DNA from: Takakia lepidozioides
Taxonomy: Eukaryota > Plantae > Bryophyta
Reading direction: 5' to 3'
Assembly: GCA_030704615.1 (NCBI GenBank)
Contig: CM060735.1
Coordinates: 75,842-139,841 of the forward strand
DNA length: 64,000 nt
Below, piece by piece: positions 29,118 through 40,699 of the stretch. The notes beneath the pieces were generated by a model that was given only the letters and a program-made list of their open reading frames with translations, had not been told where the DNA came from and searched no databases. The first letter of the stretch is position 1. Each line of letters begins with the position of its first letter. Both the position numbers and the translations under genes were made by a program.

Positions 29118-31189
29118 TCCGTTGAAATTAATAGGACTTAAGTCCTAAGAAAGAGACTTGGCAAGCTCGGGAAAGAAAAAAACCTAAGCTCTCAACGGTT
29201 CTTCGAAAAGCGAAAGTATCTTCGTATCTTATGAAGACGAAGGAGTGTGCGTCTGGGACAGGGTACTTAGTAGATGAATTAGGTGGTAATTTTTCGTTAG
29301 GTGCCCGTGGAAGTTTTGCCTATGATGCTTGTGGCGTTTCTTCCACGGTCATTTGACATACTGATCTCTAGGTTCTTTAGCTTTGTCGCGCAAAGATGCT
29401 TAGCTTTCAACTTGTTGTATTTAGCTTCCGCTACACGCTCATCAGCGTCATCTAGACGTGGCTGTTTATCAGTACTTATTTTTATTTTTTCACTCAACCA
29501 ACAGTTGATTACGAGCCTTAATTTCTTTCATTTCACGCTTTTCAGCCTCTTTCAACAGCTGATCCGCGTTTTTAGCTTTCTCAGTAAGCACCTGATAATC
29601 GAACTTCAGCTTTTCCAACTTTAGGTTCTTTTCTTGCAATTCTAATTTATTCGCCTCATTTAAATTATCCACGTACCCGGGATATGACCAAGTACCCCCC
29701 GCCGCAGTAGACGCGTCTATCGCACTACCAGCTATCTTAACAGCCTCTACAGACAGGGTTTTCCTTCGCGAAGTTACCTGTGAGTTGTTGAACAAAGCTA
29801 GGTGTATCCATAAGTTTTTACTTTTATTTCATCCGGTTCTATGGCGGGATCTGGCAACCACTATATAAATGAATAATCATAAATAGAAATCATCGACAAC
29901 CCTTATAAGTAAGGGGGTCTGCTTTGAGGAAATCGTACCAAATAGGATTCCCATCGTACTAGAAAAAACTGGAAAGACATAATCCAATAACTTAAGTTAA
30001 GGACCTTCCATTAGATAATAAATTTAGATTAAATTTATAAAAAGTTTTTAGAATTCTCATAAATTTTTGCGGTCTTCCACAAGGTTTGCGGGGAGTTGCG
30101 ACCACCGAATTCGCCTCGGAATTTAATTGCCGAATTTTCCAATGATCTGTCCAAGTTGCGGGCAAATATGGGCAAATATCCATAAAATATTTCGCAAACC
30201 TGGCAGATCTTCGCAAAAATGATAGATAATTCTGGAAACTTTGTGTGGTTGTTTATGTAATTTCATTTAAACAACCTTTAATCTACGAAATATTTTAAAC
30301 TCTAAACCTAAGATTCCACAATAAACGAAGATAATAAGATTATGTTTATTTTTCCATCTATGCAATTGGAGGATACACCTTCTTGACCTCTAGACGTTGG
30401 GGATACTGAAGGCCCAGATCCTTACCTACCAGGGTTACTCGTTCTTGTAGGGGTTTTATATATGTGTCTACCTCCCCCTCAGGAAAGGCCGAAATATTCC
30501 CGTCATGAAAATGGGGTCTGGGTTCCACCGCGGGGTTGCTTCGGCTATAATAGCCAACTCGTAGGATTGGAGATACGAGGCGTAGACCGAAGGAAATGCG
30601 GTTTCCGTCACAAGGTAAGTTTGGCCGGGAGGCCCCGTCAACAACTCGTCTTCATATATCTCATATACAGTGTCGGGTACGTTCCGAAGGTCTGGGATTA
30701 TATCCGTCCGTTGGAGCGCACTCACGACTTCCACGGCTCTCTCATATCCCCCTTCATAGTCTGGCAATTCCTTGAATTCATTCATTGTTAACCCAAGGCC
30801 TTTACGTTCAGACTCAAGGATTCCCTGAATAACAGCGTTGTTGCCTTCTCCTGAGTTGCTATTCGAACCAATGTTTTGTGGTAGAAGTTCTCAAAAACTC
30901 TTTTGACAAATCATTGTTCTAGATATTATTTCCAAAGAGAGCCTTTGCTCCAGGTTTCTAATGTAGAAGGGGGGGGGGGGAGAGAACCCTAAAAGAATCG
31001 TAGTATAGCACGATGCTAGGTCCACATCCACGATTCGTTATCCTTCCCCCTTTCCATCAAATAGAACCCACTTCAGTTAAGTACATTTCTCTTATTGCTC
31101 GTTCAACAACCAAGTTAAACGAATCTTTATAACATAACTATTTAGGTACAATACGAGGGCGCAGCTTACTTTTCTTCTTGCCGATTTAA

Positions 31190-32730
31190 CTCTCTAGGTT
31201 GGATTCGAACCAACGACCCAATGGATAGAGTAATCTTTTTGGAAGGATAAGTAATGGGCGGCCTTGGTGTTAGGCGAAGAAGGCTTCAATAATCATACAA
31301 GATACTTGATGAAAGCAAGTCATACATACATTGCGTTCATGTATAACATCGCAGTTATTGAGTCAGACCCACCATCATGATATAATCCTTCAAAACGCTC
31401 CCCTCCGAACCGTGCTTGCAAGATCTCCAAGCACACGGCTCTTGCTCGGTATTCGAAACTAGCATAATTGAACAAATATGATAGATGGTCTTTATCAGCC
31501 AGATTCAACGAAAAAATTTATTTTTTTTTTCTGCTTCTATGAAGACCAAGTTCATACCATGACTGCATAATAATGGTTAAAACACTGATTCCCTTCCAAT
31601 TCATTGTACTATGGAAACTCTGACGCCATTGCTGATGGTTCCGACACTGAGAGCACCAGGCCGCGGAGTGCAGCATATATATATATTTTTTTTCCGACCC
31701 GCCCCCGCTTTGCGGGAACTCTAGGCCCGGATTTACCCACTTTGTTCCCATAGCTCATTCCCGAATGAGAGGCCGAAGGAGGAGGAAAAATATAAATAAT
31801 TAAAGCTCTCTTCCTTAGGGAAAGGGGGCTTTTGGAGAAGAAGCAAGTCCGGGGTTTTGCGGTTTAGGGGCCTTCAGTGCTTAATTAAGCCTGCCAGGGA
31901 GGGCGTTCCTGAATCATCCGAGGAGGTCCTCACTTAGGATCGCTTTAGGTTTAAGTTATTTTTAGTGCTATGGACGAAGCCGCAGGTCAAGCAATCGAAT
32001 GTAGCAAGTTCATCCGCCTACGCGCATAGCTTGATAGCTACAAGCGAGCTAAACACAATGCATCCTGCATCTCGTGGAGAAATCCATGATGAGTGCTTGG
32101 CACGACTGCATCTGTTCCACATGATCAGTATGACTCTCCTGTTAACCGTGAAAAGCATATGTAAGAAACAGAGCCTACAAAGGCTTTGGTTATTTGCTTC
32201 AAGTATAATCAACCTCTTGGAAACCCGATCTATCTAGGTGCAAACAGCCAAACCAATACCATGCTTGCAAGGGAGATTCAAAGTAGCAGATTCTGCAACT
32301 TGTTGATCATTCAGGTTTTAGTGGAAAAACCACTTGGCTTTCATTCAGTTATGCAATAACATAGTAATTAAATGCTACGCCATGGATCTACGTAGATCCA
32401 AGGTTCGGGATTGAACACTACGCGCGCCTTGAAAGAGATGAAAAATCCACACATTGTATGCTCGATAGCTCGACCATGCCGTGCTTACATGGATAGGAGT
32501 CAAAAAAACCCAAATGACTTGCGTTTAACCATAAGGTTTATCCATATGAGGCCTAACTTAGACATAGTCTATAACATCATGCTACGTTTCCTAAATTCGT
32601 TTCCAAATGAAGGTAAGGTATTTTTTTAGACATGCTCTGAACGATGCCACAGTAAAAAGCTAAATCCTGTACCAATATATTCAGCGCACTTAACAGCCGC
32701 CATTTGCTCTAACCGCTGAGCCACTAGAGA
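31190..32730 (-). tRNA. trnN: Intron-split tRNA-Asn (GUU); exons 32730-32690 and 31224-31190; possibly a pseudogene (3-nt duplication in the anticodon arm)
   Basis: Joined exons: TCTCTAG TG GCTC AGCGGTTA GAGC A AATGG[CGG]CT-GTT-AA|CCATT GGGTC GTTGG TTCGAAT CCAAC CTAGAGA G. All stems pair apart from the extra CGG. Confidence 0.88.
31225..32689 (-). mobile_element. Group II intron in trnN(GUU), at tRNA position 38
   Basis: 5' GTGCG, 3' CTCTAT, intact domain V GAGCCGTGTGCTTGGAGATCTTGCAAGCACGGTTC at about 31407-31441. Confidence 0.88.
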
Positions 32731-33489
32731 AGAGGCACAAAAAAAAAATATTTGGCTGCGCTTTGCGCCTTTGGCCATAGGGGCAGGAGTTGTAGTAAAG
32801 GGGTTTGGATTGAATAAAAGAGATAAATGCATCAAGGGCAATGCAGTAACTTGGAGAAGAGAACGAGCCGCCATGCCACCTTTATTCGCCGCCTCGCCCC
32901 ACGCCTCTTGGCGGTTGCAGCGCGCAGGTCGCAGCAAAATATTTCACAAAATATAGAATTTGTTTACTTCTCAATTCCTCGACCAGGAAAATGTAAAGCA
33001 GGACTTGAGTCGTCCGCCCAGCTTATTGTCTAACGCACGTCAGAAAAATATATATAGTTTTTAACCTTTCCTTCTCGTCGCCCCACACCACATTATTGAC
33101 TTCACGAGGGAAGGGCGGGACTTTAGTCCCGGAAAACGTTAGCTTTCCGGGGGTTTCCCCAGCAGAGGTTTACCCGCTTTCTTTGCTTCGCGAAGAAGAG
33201 GGGCAGAGATTGGAAGGGCGCAGCAGAGAAACGCTTCTTATAAAACGCGTACCAAGAAATATTCGTTCTCTTCTCTTCGACCCTTGATTCGCTGCGCGAA
33301 TCAAGTTGGTTCCTGTCCAAATATACGGGTGCCCTCTTTTTCGAAGGTTTATTACACTCGTCGTTGCACCAAAATACATACTTTTTTCATTGTTCACTCC
33401 GTCCCTTCAGAAAACGAAGGTCGTTCCAGAAAATAAAAATATATATTTCTATTTCCGAGCCTCTTCATGGCTTCAGAGAGCTGAAGCCC

Positions 33490-34095
33490 CTAGATATCTC
33501 TTATTTTTTTTATAGTATTCCGAAAATCTATAGCATTTTGTCGAAACACATCCTGTCTTTTGACCCGAGTAGTTTTATGCATAGTAGGTACTATAGCCCC
33601 AATCATGGCTACTAATGAAATAAGACTAGAAACCAAAAACAAAACAAAATAGGTGGTATAAAGTAAATTGCCTAATGTTTCCAAATTAGTCCAACTTTGT
33701 ATCTTTTCAGCATAAACTGTATATGTTGGATAGGTTGTATTCAATTTCGTTGGTAATATTGGAATGTAATCATTATCTACAATGAAAAAAATTTCCAACA
33801 AAAAAATAAGTCCAATAATACCACCCACGGGTAAATAGCGCAATACATTCTCGTGAATTTCTGCTATTTTAATATTTAACATCATAACTACAAATGAAGA
33901 TGAAACGGCAATAGCTCCTACATAAACCACTAAAAAAATCATAGCAGAGGAGTCAGGACCTAACAAAACGAGTAAACCTGAAGTGTTTAAAAAAACTGGG
34001 ATGGAAAATGAAACGGAATGGACTGGATTTTTAGCACGTATCGCCATAACACTAGAGACCGAAGCAATGCTCGGAGAAACAGAAAAAAGTATCGT
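33490..34095 (-). CDS. nad6: NADH dehydrogenase subunit 6 (201 aa; ACG start)
   Basis: AKNPVHSV..VYVGAIAV..VMMLN..NLETLGNLLYT..VAMIGAIV. Frame extends to ACG ATA CTT TTT at 34095. Confidence 0.96.
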   Translation of the reverse strand, partial: TILFSVSPSIASVSSVMAIRAKNPVHSVSFSIPVFLNTSGLLVLLGPDSSAMIFLVVYVGAIAVSSSFVVMMLNIKIAEIHENVLRYLPVGGIIGLIFLLEIFFIVDNDYIPILPTKLNTTYPTYTVYAEKIQSWTNLETLGNLLYTTYFVLFLVSSLISLVAMIGAIVPTMHKTTRVKRQDVFRQNAIDFRNTIKKIRDI

Positions 34096-35444
34096 GGTTA
34101 TTTTACTAAGTCCCTTTTATCATTTGCTTTAACAATGAAAAAAGAAATATACATTTTTTTTCTACTTCTACCCATCATCAGTTTTCTAGATGGTGCAAGC
34201 AAACACCAGCCAAGCCGAAAAACAACTAGAGCCAACACGGGTACGCGGCGCAAGAAGGCTGTTGGCCCCATACCATACCCACAGAGATCCTGCTGGGATT
34301 GCTGGGCCAGGAGAAGGTGTGCGAAATAAGAGGGCTTTCGATACGAAAGAAGCCTTCGGTTATAATTTAAGGTGCGCAGCCAGAAGTAAGCCAATAAAAA
34401 TCTGTAGTTTTCTGCCTTCTCCGCCTCCCCCTGCCTCGGGCGTAGTCCATTAGAAGGCTTCGTGAAGAGACATCATAAATAAATGTCTCAGGTTCTCTAC
34501 TTGCTACCTCAGTCGAGTGGATAAATCCCGATGTATCGTAATAGTAAATGCATGGCGGAGTATGCGGATAGTTATATACAGAACTATCTTTCGCCCGCAT
34601 TATGAAGCCCATAAATCATTCTTTGACTCGTGAATTCGCACAAAGCAGATTCATCATGTATGATAATTAATGACCATATTTTTTATACACTCTATTCCTT
34701 GTGCCCCGGAGAGACTTTCATCACCGGAGGCTCCAACAAGAGCTTAAACGGCTTTGAGTAGTTTCCGTAGGGAACGATTCTTTAATTAGCTATGTAAATG
34801 AGCGCTTTTCACTTTTGCTTTTTGACCAATTGAAAAAAAAAAAAATATATATATATATATCTCTTTTCTCGATTCTTGGTAAAAATTGGAAAGCACATGG
34901 TTGGGGTCGAAGACCCCACCTGGTTGGCTTGTGGGATGGAGGCAGGGAGAGAGGCTTAAAGACTTTGAGGTTTATTTTCCCCCAAAAGAAGCATAAATGG
35001 CGTGAAATCACGCGAACTTCGTCCATTGGCTTAACGAAGGCACGCGGCGGACAAAGAAAAAATATAGGCGCGCATCGAAAAGAGAGATATATATATCTTT
35101 TTCTCATATATATGAAAAAATGCAGAAAAGTGGAAAAAAAAGATTTTTTTTACTCTCCAAATCAATTTGATTTCGGTTTAGCCTCCTTTTCCTGAAAAGC
35201 TACCATTCATTGTTCGGGGAAGAGAAAAACACATAAATATAAATTAACGCCCTATTCGCTGCGCAAATGTAGGGCGAGTCAGGCTTGGCTTCGAGGTATT
35301 TTTTCATATATATATGAAGAAATGCCGAAATAAATAAAAATATTTTTTTATTTCCTCTCAAGACTTCGCCTCGAAAACCATCAAGCAACGAAGCGGCTTA
35401 TTGGTTTCGCCTTGCGCTGAGACAAAAAAAAAAGATAATTCATC

Positions 35445-36879
35445 ACGGCTTGCAGTCCACCAGAACAATTTGCAATTATTCCATTGATTTCTATTCATAT
35501 AGGAAATTTGTATCTTTCATCTACGTGCGGAGCTCGCGCCCACTACTCGATGGTGGAAACACTTCGTCGGGGTTTTAGACGATAATCCAACTCCCGTTCA
35601 CCCCGATGCCGCGGAGTCAGGAAAGTGTTCTGTGCAGGATAGGTTTACGAATCTCGATGATGGCCGCTCCTTTGGAGGGGGGACGAATATGAGGACTGAT
35701 CTACTCGAGTAGTCGATGGTAAACGGTGAAAGGAAGCCCCTGGGTCGGGATACAAACCATGTTCACGCCGGCACACGCTGGTCAAGCCTAGAGAATCCTG
35801 GACAGAACGCGCGGGTAGATAAGATGGGGTGACGGCTATGAGGGCGAGTGCCCAGGGGACTGTGGAATGCGCTCGAGGATGGATGGAAAACCTCCCACAG
35901 AAGAAGCGGCGAGGAATGTAGTCCCGGCTCTCTTCGGCCGAGTTAAAAAATAAAAAATTTTTTATCGATCCCTTCATATATATGAAAAATGTGGTTTGTA
36001 AAGAAACAACCTGGAGATGGCTGCCGAGATGGGGCCTCTATTGAGCCTTCGGCCTCTTCATACACGGGTCATGAGGAGAGAGGAGCCGTATGATGGGAGA
36101 CTATCACGTACGGTTCCATAGGAGGGGAACAGCTTTCAAACCTCAGGCCGAAGGTGGACATGGAGCAGAAAAAAAAAGATTTTTATTTCCCCTACCAACC
36201 CAATTCATCTTTGTTCATGCCACCAACTATCAGTTTAGTATTGCTTCTAGTTCATTTTGTCACCCTGAATGGAGGACACTCAGTACCAAATGCTCGGCAA
36301 TCCTTTGTGGAAATGATTTATGATTTTGTGCTTAACTTGGTGAACGAACAAATAAGCGGCGCTTCTTCGATGAAACAACGATTTTTCCCCCTAATCTTTG
36401 TCACTTTTACTTCTTCATTATTTCGTAATCTTATTGGTATGATACCCCATAGTTTTACAGTAACAAGTCATTTTATAATTACCCTGGGTCTTCCATTATC
36501 TCTTTCTATTGGAATCACTATAGTTGGATTTCAAACGCATGGGCTTCATTTTTTCAGTTTGTCATTACCGCAAGGAGTACCCTTGTCGTTAGCACCTTTC
36601 TTAGTACCTCCCGAGCCAATCCCTCATCGTTTCCGCGCATTAAGTTCAGGAATACGTTTATTTGCCAATATGATGGCTGGTCATAGTTTAGTCAAGATTT
36701 TGAGTGGGTTTGCTCGGACTATGCTATCTATGGGGGGTATTATGTATTTAGCACATCTTGCTCCTTTTTTGATAGTATTCGCATCAACTGGTTCAGAATT
36801 AGGTGTTGCCATATTACAAGCTTATGTTTCTACCATTTCAATTCGTATTTACTTAAATGATGCTATAAACCTTCATTAA
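35445..36879 (+). CDS. atp6: ATP synthase subunit a (252 aa; exons 35445-35524 and 36201-36879; ACG start)
   Basis: ACG GCT TGC AGT CCA CCA GAA CAA TTT..; NLIGMIP.SFTVTSH, RLFANMMAGHSLVKILSGF, ELGVAILQAYV. 759 nt. Confidence 0.96.
35525..36200 (+). mobile_element. Group II intron atp6i80
   Basis: 5' GTGCG after nt 80; domain V GAGCCGTATGATGGGAGACTATCACGTACGGTTC at about 36083-36116. Confidence 0.92.
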
Positions 36880-37572
36880 AAAACTGGTGGAGAAAGCACC
36901 AAACCAGTTGCTACATCACTTCCTCACTTTCAAGCGCGTCATCATCAACCGTAATGAAAGAGCTGGATTTGCTTTTGATGACGCAGAATGATGCACACCA
37001 ATAGTCGGAGACCTTTGAGAACGCGCGGGATGCGAAAAGCTACGAAAAAAAAAATATTATATATATATTTCGCTGCGCCCTGCGGCCTTGCAGAGTTCCC
37101 TGTTGGCGGAAGCCAATGTCCCGGGACCTCGGGGACTAATTCCTACCGAGACAAGGAGGCCGCAGGTACTCCCCCCCCCCCTCCCCCCCGCTCGACAAAA
37201 GCCCCCTCCGATCGCCTCATTCACAGGAAGTGTGCAGGTACTCATGCGCGCTACCTGCGGGGTGCGCAAAAAGAATATAGATTTGCTGCGCCCACTCTCT
37301 CCCAAAACCTCCCCGATCCGGCTCGGAGAAGGAGCAAGCTTGCCTTCGGCTGGGACGCTTGGCGTTTGATTCTCAGGAAGGGCGAATGATTCGAAATTCT
37401 GGTAGAGGCCATGAATAAATCGGGGGGCCTCTGAGTAGCCAAGCGCATAATGAAGCTTGGGTTGTTTCCTCTCCCCAGGGTGGGGCACGAGGAGGCGAAG
37501 CGCATTATTCAGAAGCTTTTCTGCGCTTCGCCTCCTCCGTGGCCCGATCCTTCTTATCACACTTCGAATAGT

Positions 37573-38304
37573 TTACCACCATCTATAATGCGAAAAACTA
37601 CGATTGGCTTGAGCAAGTTTATGAAGATCATCCCTTTTTTTACGTGCAATCCCCATCTTTCGGGAAGCATCCAATATCTCATCAGACAAACATTGATCTA
37701 GGCTTATGCTCTTTTTGCTCATACGTCGTTTGGCTGCTGCTTCGAGCATCCAACGAATAGCTAAGGTTTCTTGACGATTTGTTGCTATAATAGATGGTAC
37801 TAATTGAGTAGTACCAGAAATTCTTACTTTTTTCACTTCACGAATAGGCTTGACATTTTCTATGGCGTTGACCAAAAGTTTTATTACATCGCCATGATGA
37901 GCTGGACAATGAAAAGTTTTATAAACAATAGCACGAGATCTCGTTTTTTTACCATCAATCATGCAAATATGGACCGATTTTTTTATTAATTGTTTTTGTT
38001 TACCATTCAAGCCCCGGATATAGCCAAAATTGTCTGAGCAATTGTATGTGCTTGCCCCACGGCCCCTGGGTCTTGATGGCACATGCCCTGGAAGGGCATA
38101 GCATAAATATCTACGATGGGATAAGCAAAGCGCAGAAAAGCTTTCTGGAAAAAAAAATATATTTTTTCCGCTAAATGGCCAAAAACTTGGCCAATTTTCC
38201 TTTTTTTTCGTTCCCGCTTTTTCCGAAAGTCTTGATTGGTGAAACCAATCAAGGGCTGAACCGAAAGCGAAGCTTAAATTCGATGATTTGACAAATAGAT
38301 TCAT
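37573..38304 (-). CDS. rps7: Ribosomal protein S7
   Basis: [50 protein letters not shown]. Its ATG overlaps the rps12 stop (ATGA). Confidence 0.95.
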   Translation of the reverse strand: MNLFVKSSNLSFAFGSALDWFHQSRLSEKAGTKKKENWPSFWPFSGKNIFFFPESFSALCLSHRRYLCYALPGHVPSRPRGRGASTYNCSDNFGYIRGLNGKQKQLIKKSVHICMIDGKKTRSRAIVYKTFHCPAHHGDVIKLLVNAIENVKPIREVKKVRISGTTQLVPSIIATNRQETLAIRWMLEAAAKRRMSKKSISLDQCLSDEILDASRKMGIARKKRDDLHKLAQANRSFSHYRWW

Positions 38305-38681
38305 ATAGAATCTTTGGTTTTTTTTGTACCATATTTAGATCTGCCTTGACGTCGACCCGGTATTCCCTGCAAATCTTTGACTCCTCGAATACGATGGTAT
38401 TTCACACCTGGCAAATCTTTCACTCTACCTCCTCTAACCATAACCACAGGATGCTCTTGCGAATTATGACCTTCGCCGGGAATGTAAGCAATTATCTCAT
38501 TTCGATTGGTTAAACGTACTTTGGCTATCTTGCGTGAAGCTGAATTAGGTTTTTTTGGTGTTCTTGTCGAAACACGCAGGCATACTCCTTGCTTTTGAGG
38601 ACATTGATTCGAAGCTCGAGTACGTTGTGTGCGCCGTTTCGACTCTCTACCATGACGAATCATTTGATTTATTGTAGGCGT
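38301..38681 (-). CDS. rps12: Ribosomal protein S12 (126 aa; ACG start)
   Basis: [63 protein letters not shown] at 38681. Confidence 0.96.
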   Translation of the reverse strand, partial: TPTINQMIRHGRESKRRTQRTRASNQCPQKQGVCLRVSTRTPKKPNSASRKIAKVRLTNRNEIIAYIPGEGHNSQEHPVVMVRGGRVKDLPGVKYHRIRGVKDLQGIPGRRQGRSKYGTKKTKDSI

Positions 38682-39194
38682 ATTTCACTTACTTGGTTTT
38701 TTTCAGAAAGTCGCGTAAAAAAAAAGTTTTTTCCCATTTCTCACGCACGCTCTATTCGCTACAGGAATAATGGAGCCTGTGGCCGCTACGCCCTGCGGCC
38801 TTTCATCGCTATGCTTCCCACGATCCCTATTAACGATGAACGCGCAAAGGAAAAACAAGATAGGACGGTTAAAAGACAGAATCAAGGGCGAAGAGACAGA
38901 AAAAAAAATATTTATTTTTTCTTGTAGATCATTTTTTAGGCTCTTTTATAATTTATCCTCTTTTTGCGCCATTGATTGCTAAGCGGCACAGAAGCACCTG
39001 CGGCCTCGGATCACTAAGCTAAGCGGAGTCTTCGCATGCTAAGCAACGAAAAAATAAATATTTTTTTAAAAAGAAAAAGAAAATATAGATCTCTTTTTTT
39101 CGCTCTTGTATCCTTTTTCAGACAATTTACTACGTGCACCAGAAAGCCCTTTTCGCTTGGCTTCTGGAGCAACCATAGTAATTGTAAGGAAGGT

Positions 39195-39267
39195 TATCCC
39201 TTACGGGATTCGAACCCGTGTTCTCGCCATGAAAAGACGATGTCCTATACCCCTAGACGAAAGGGAC
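39195..39267 (-). tRNA. trnE: tRNA-Glu (UUC)
   Basis: GTCCCTTTCGTCTAG..TCGTC-TTTTCAT-GGCGA..GGTTCGAATCC..AAGGGATA. Confidence 0.95.
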
Positions 39268-39818
39268 GAAATGACTTCGAGGAAAGATGTCCGGCCAGAG
39301 CTGCGCTGCGAGAGAAGGAAGTGGCACGATCTGCGGCCTGTTGCTCGTCTATGCGCCACTTTTCCCTCCCATCTACGAGAATTCATGACGCTTTCAACTA
39401 GAAACAAAAACTCTTTACCTTGTCGACATTAAACATAGCAGTAAACCTTAAACGCAAGCTAGTCAATTCTTGATCACAAAGTAATCTTCTTCGAACCCGA
39501 TTACTGGCATGTCGTAATGTATGAAGCCAAACCACGTAACTGCGGTCAAGATGTTGAATGATTTGACCACAGTGCTATGACGGGAAACTGTCTCGGATCA
39601 CGGAAGGCACAAACGCTTAATAATGCAATACGGTAGTAATGGCCTAATTTAAAACAATGCTTGGTAGTATACCATCGCTTGGGCGAATGGGGTGAAACAG
39701 GGTGCAACCTATATATTATATTTTTTTAAATTTGTTAAATATTTCTTCATATATATATTTTTTTTTCTTCGTAGTGACTCAGCGCAGATGACACGTAGTG
39801 CTTAAGAATAATCGACTT

Positions 39819-39892
39819 GTGCTTGTAGCTCAATCGGATAGAGCACCAAACTACGGATTTGGGGGTTGAGAGTTCGAATCTTTCCAAGCATG
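39819..39892 (+). tRNA. trnR: tRNA-Arg (ACG)
   Basis: GTGCTTGTAGCTCAATCGGATAGAGC..CCAAA-CTACGGA-TTTGG..GTTCGAATC..CAAGCATG. Confidence 0.95.
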
Positions 39893-39993
39893 GGCCTATC
39901 AATCAAATTGTACTAAGGGAATACGTCCGATAGGTGTAAAGTAAGCAGTTCCAATCAGACGTATTTTATTATCTCCCTGCTCTGTCGGAGCTG

Positions 39994-40065
39994 GCGGAAA
40001 TAGCTTAATGGTAGAGTATAGCCTTGCCAAGGCTGAGGTTGAGGGTTCAAGTCCCTTTTTCCGCT
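39994..40065 (+). tRNA. trnG: tRNA-Gly (GCC)
   Basis: GCGGAAATAGCTTAATGGTAGAG..TAGCC-TTGCCAA-GGCTG..GGTTCAAGTCC..TTTCCGCT. Confidence 0.95.
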
Positions 40066-40699
40066 TGGGTTGATATTAACTGGGTCTTCCCTTGTGGTTT
40101 CGCGGAGACGAAGTTGTTGTGGTCACCGGCGAAGCGGGCCGAAGGCACCGGGAGAGAGTGGCCAAGAGAACCAGGGACCAAGTTGCTTGGCCTCGGGGCC
40201 GCAGGCCACAGGAGGCGCAGCTTCAGATATTCGGAAAAGAGAGAAAGGAAAAATATTTTTTATTGGCTACCACCCGCCACGCCGCGGCGGGGAGATGAAT
40301 CATTTGTCATGATCCAGGGCGCAGGTGCACCCATCCTTCTTCGCGCTGCGGGGGTCATTGCCCCGCGAAACGCGGTGAAACCGGTGCTGCGCCCACATTA
40401 TCCGCATAACAAATGATGGGGGCTTGGAACCGGGAGGATGGAGGAATGAAACGGTACGGAGAGTCATTGGAGGCACAGTGCTTTCCCTGTTCTTAGCAAA
40501 GGCCAAATAAAATACCTGCGAAAAAAATTAGTTTTTTTCATCGCGGCCCGCGAAAAGCTACGCCCTGCGGCCTTGCTCGAATTCAGCCTTAAATCCAAGC
40601 CAGACTCGCGGATTATGCAATTACTATGGTGAATTTAACACTTACCAAGAAAATAAAATTTTTTTATATTTCTCCGAACCGGCAGAGAAATCTCACAAC

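Noticed and set aside
39572-39605. Possible degenerate group II domain V (tatgacgggaaactgtc) between trnE and trnR
   Set aside because: Only the upper hairpin matches; the catalytic triad and lower stem are missing.
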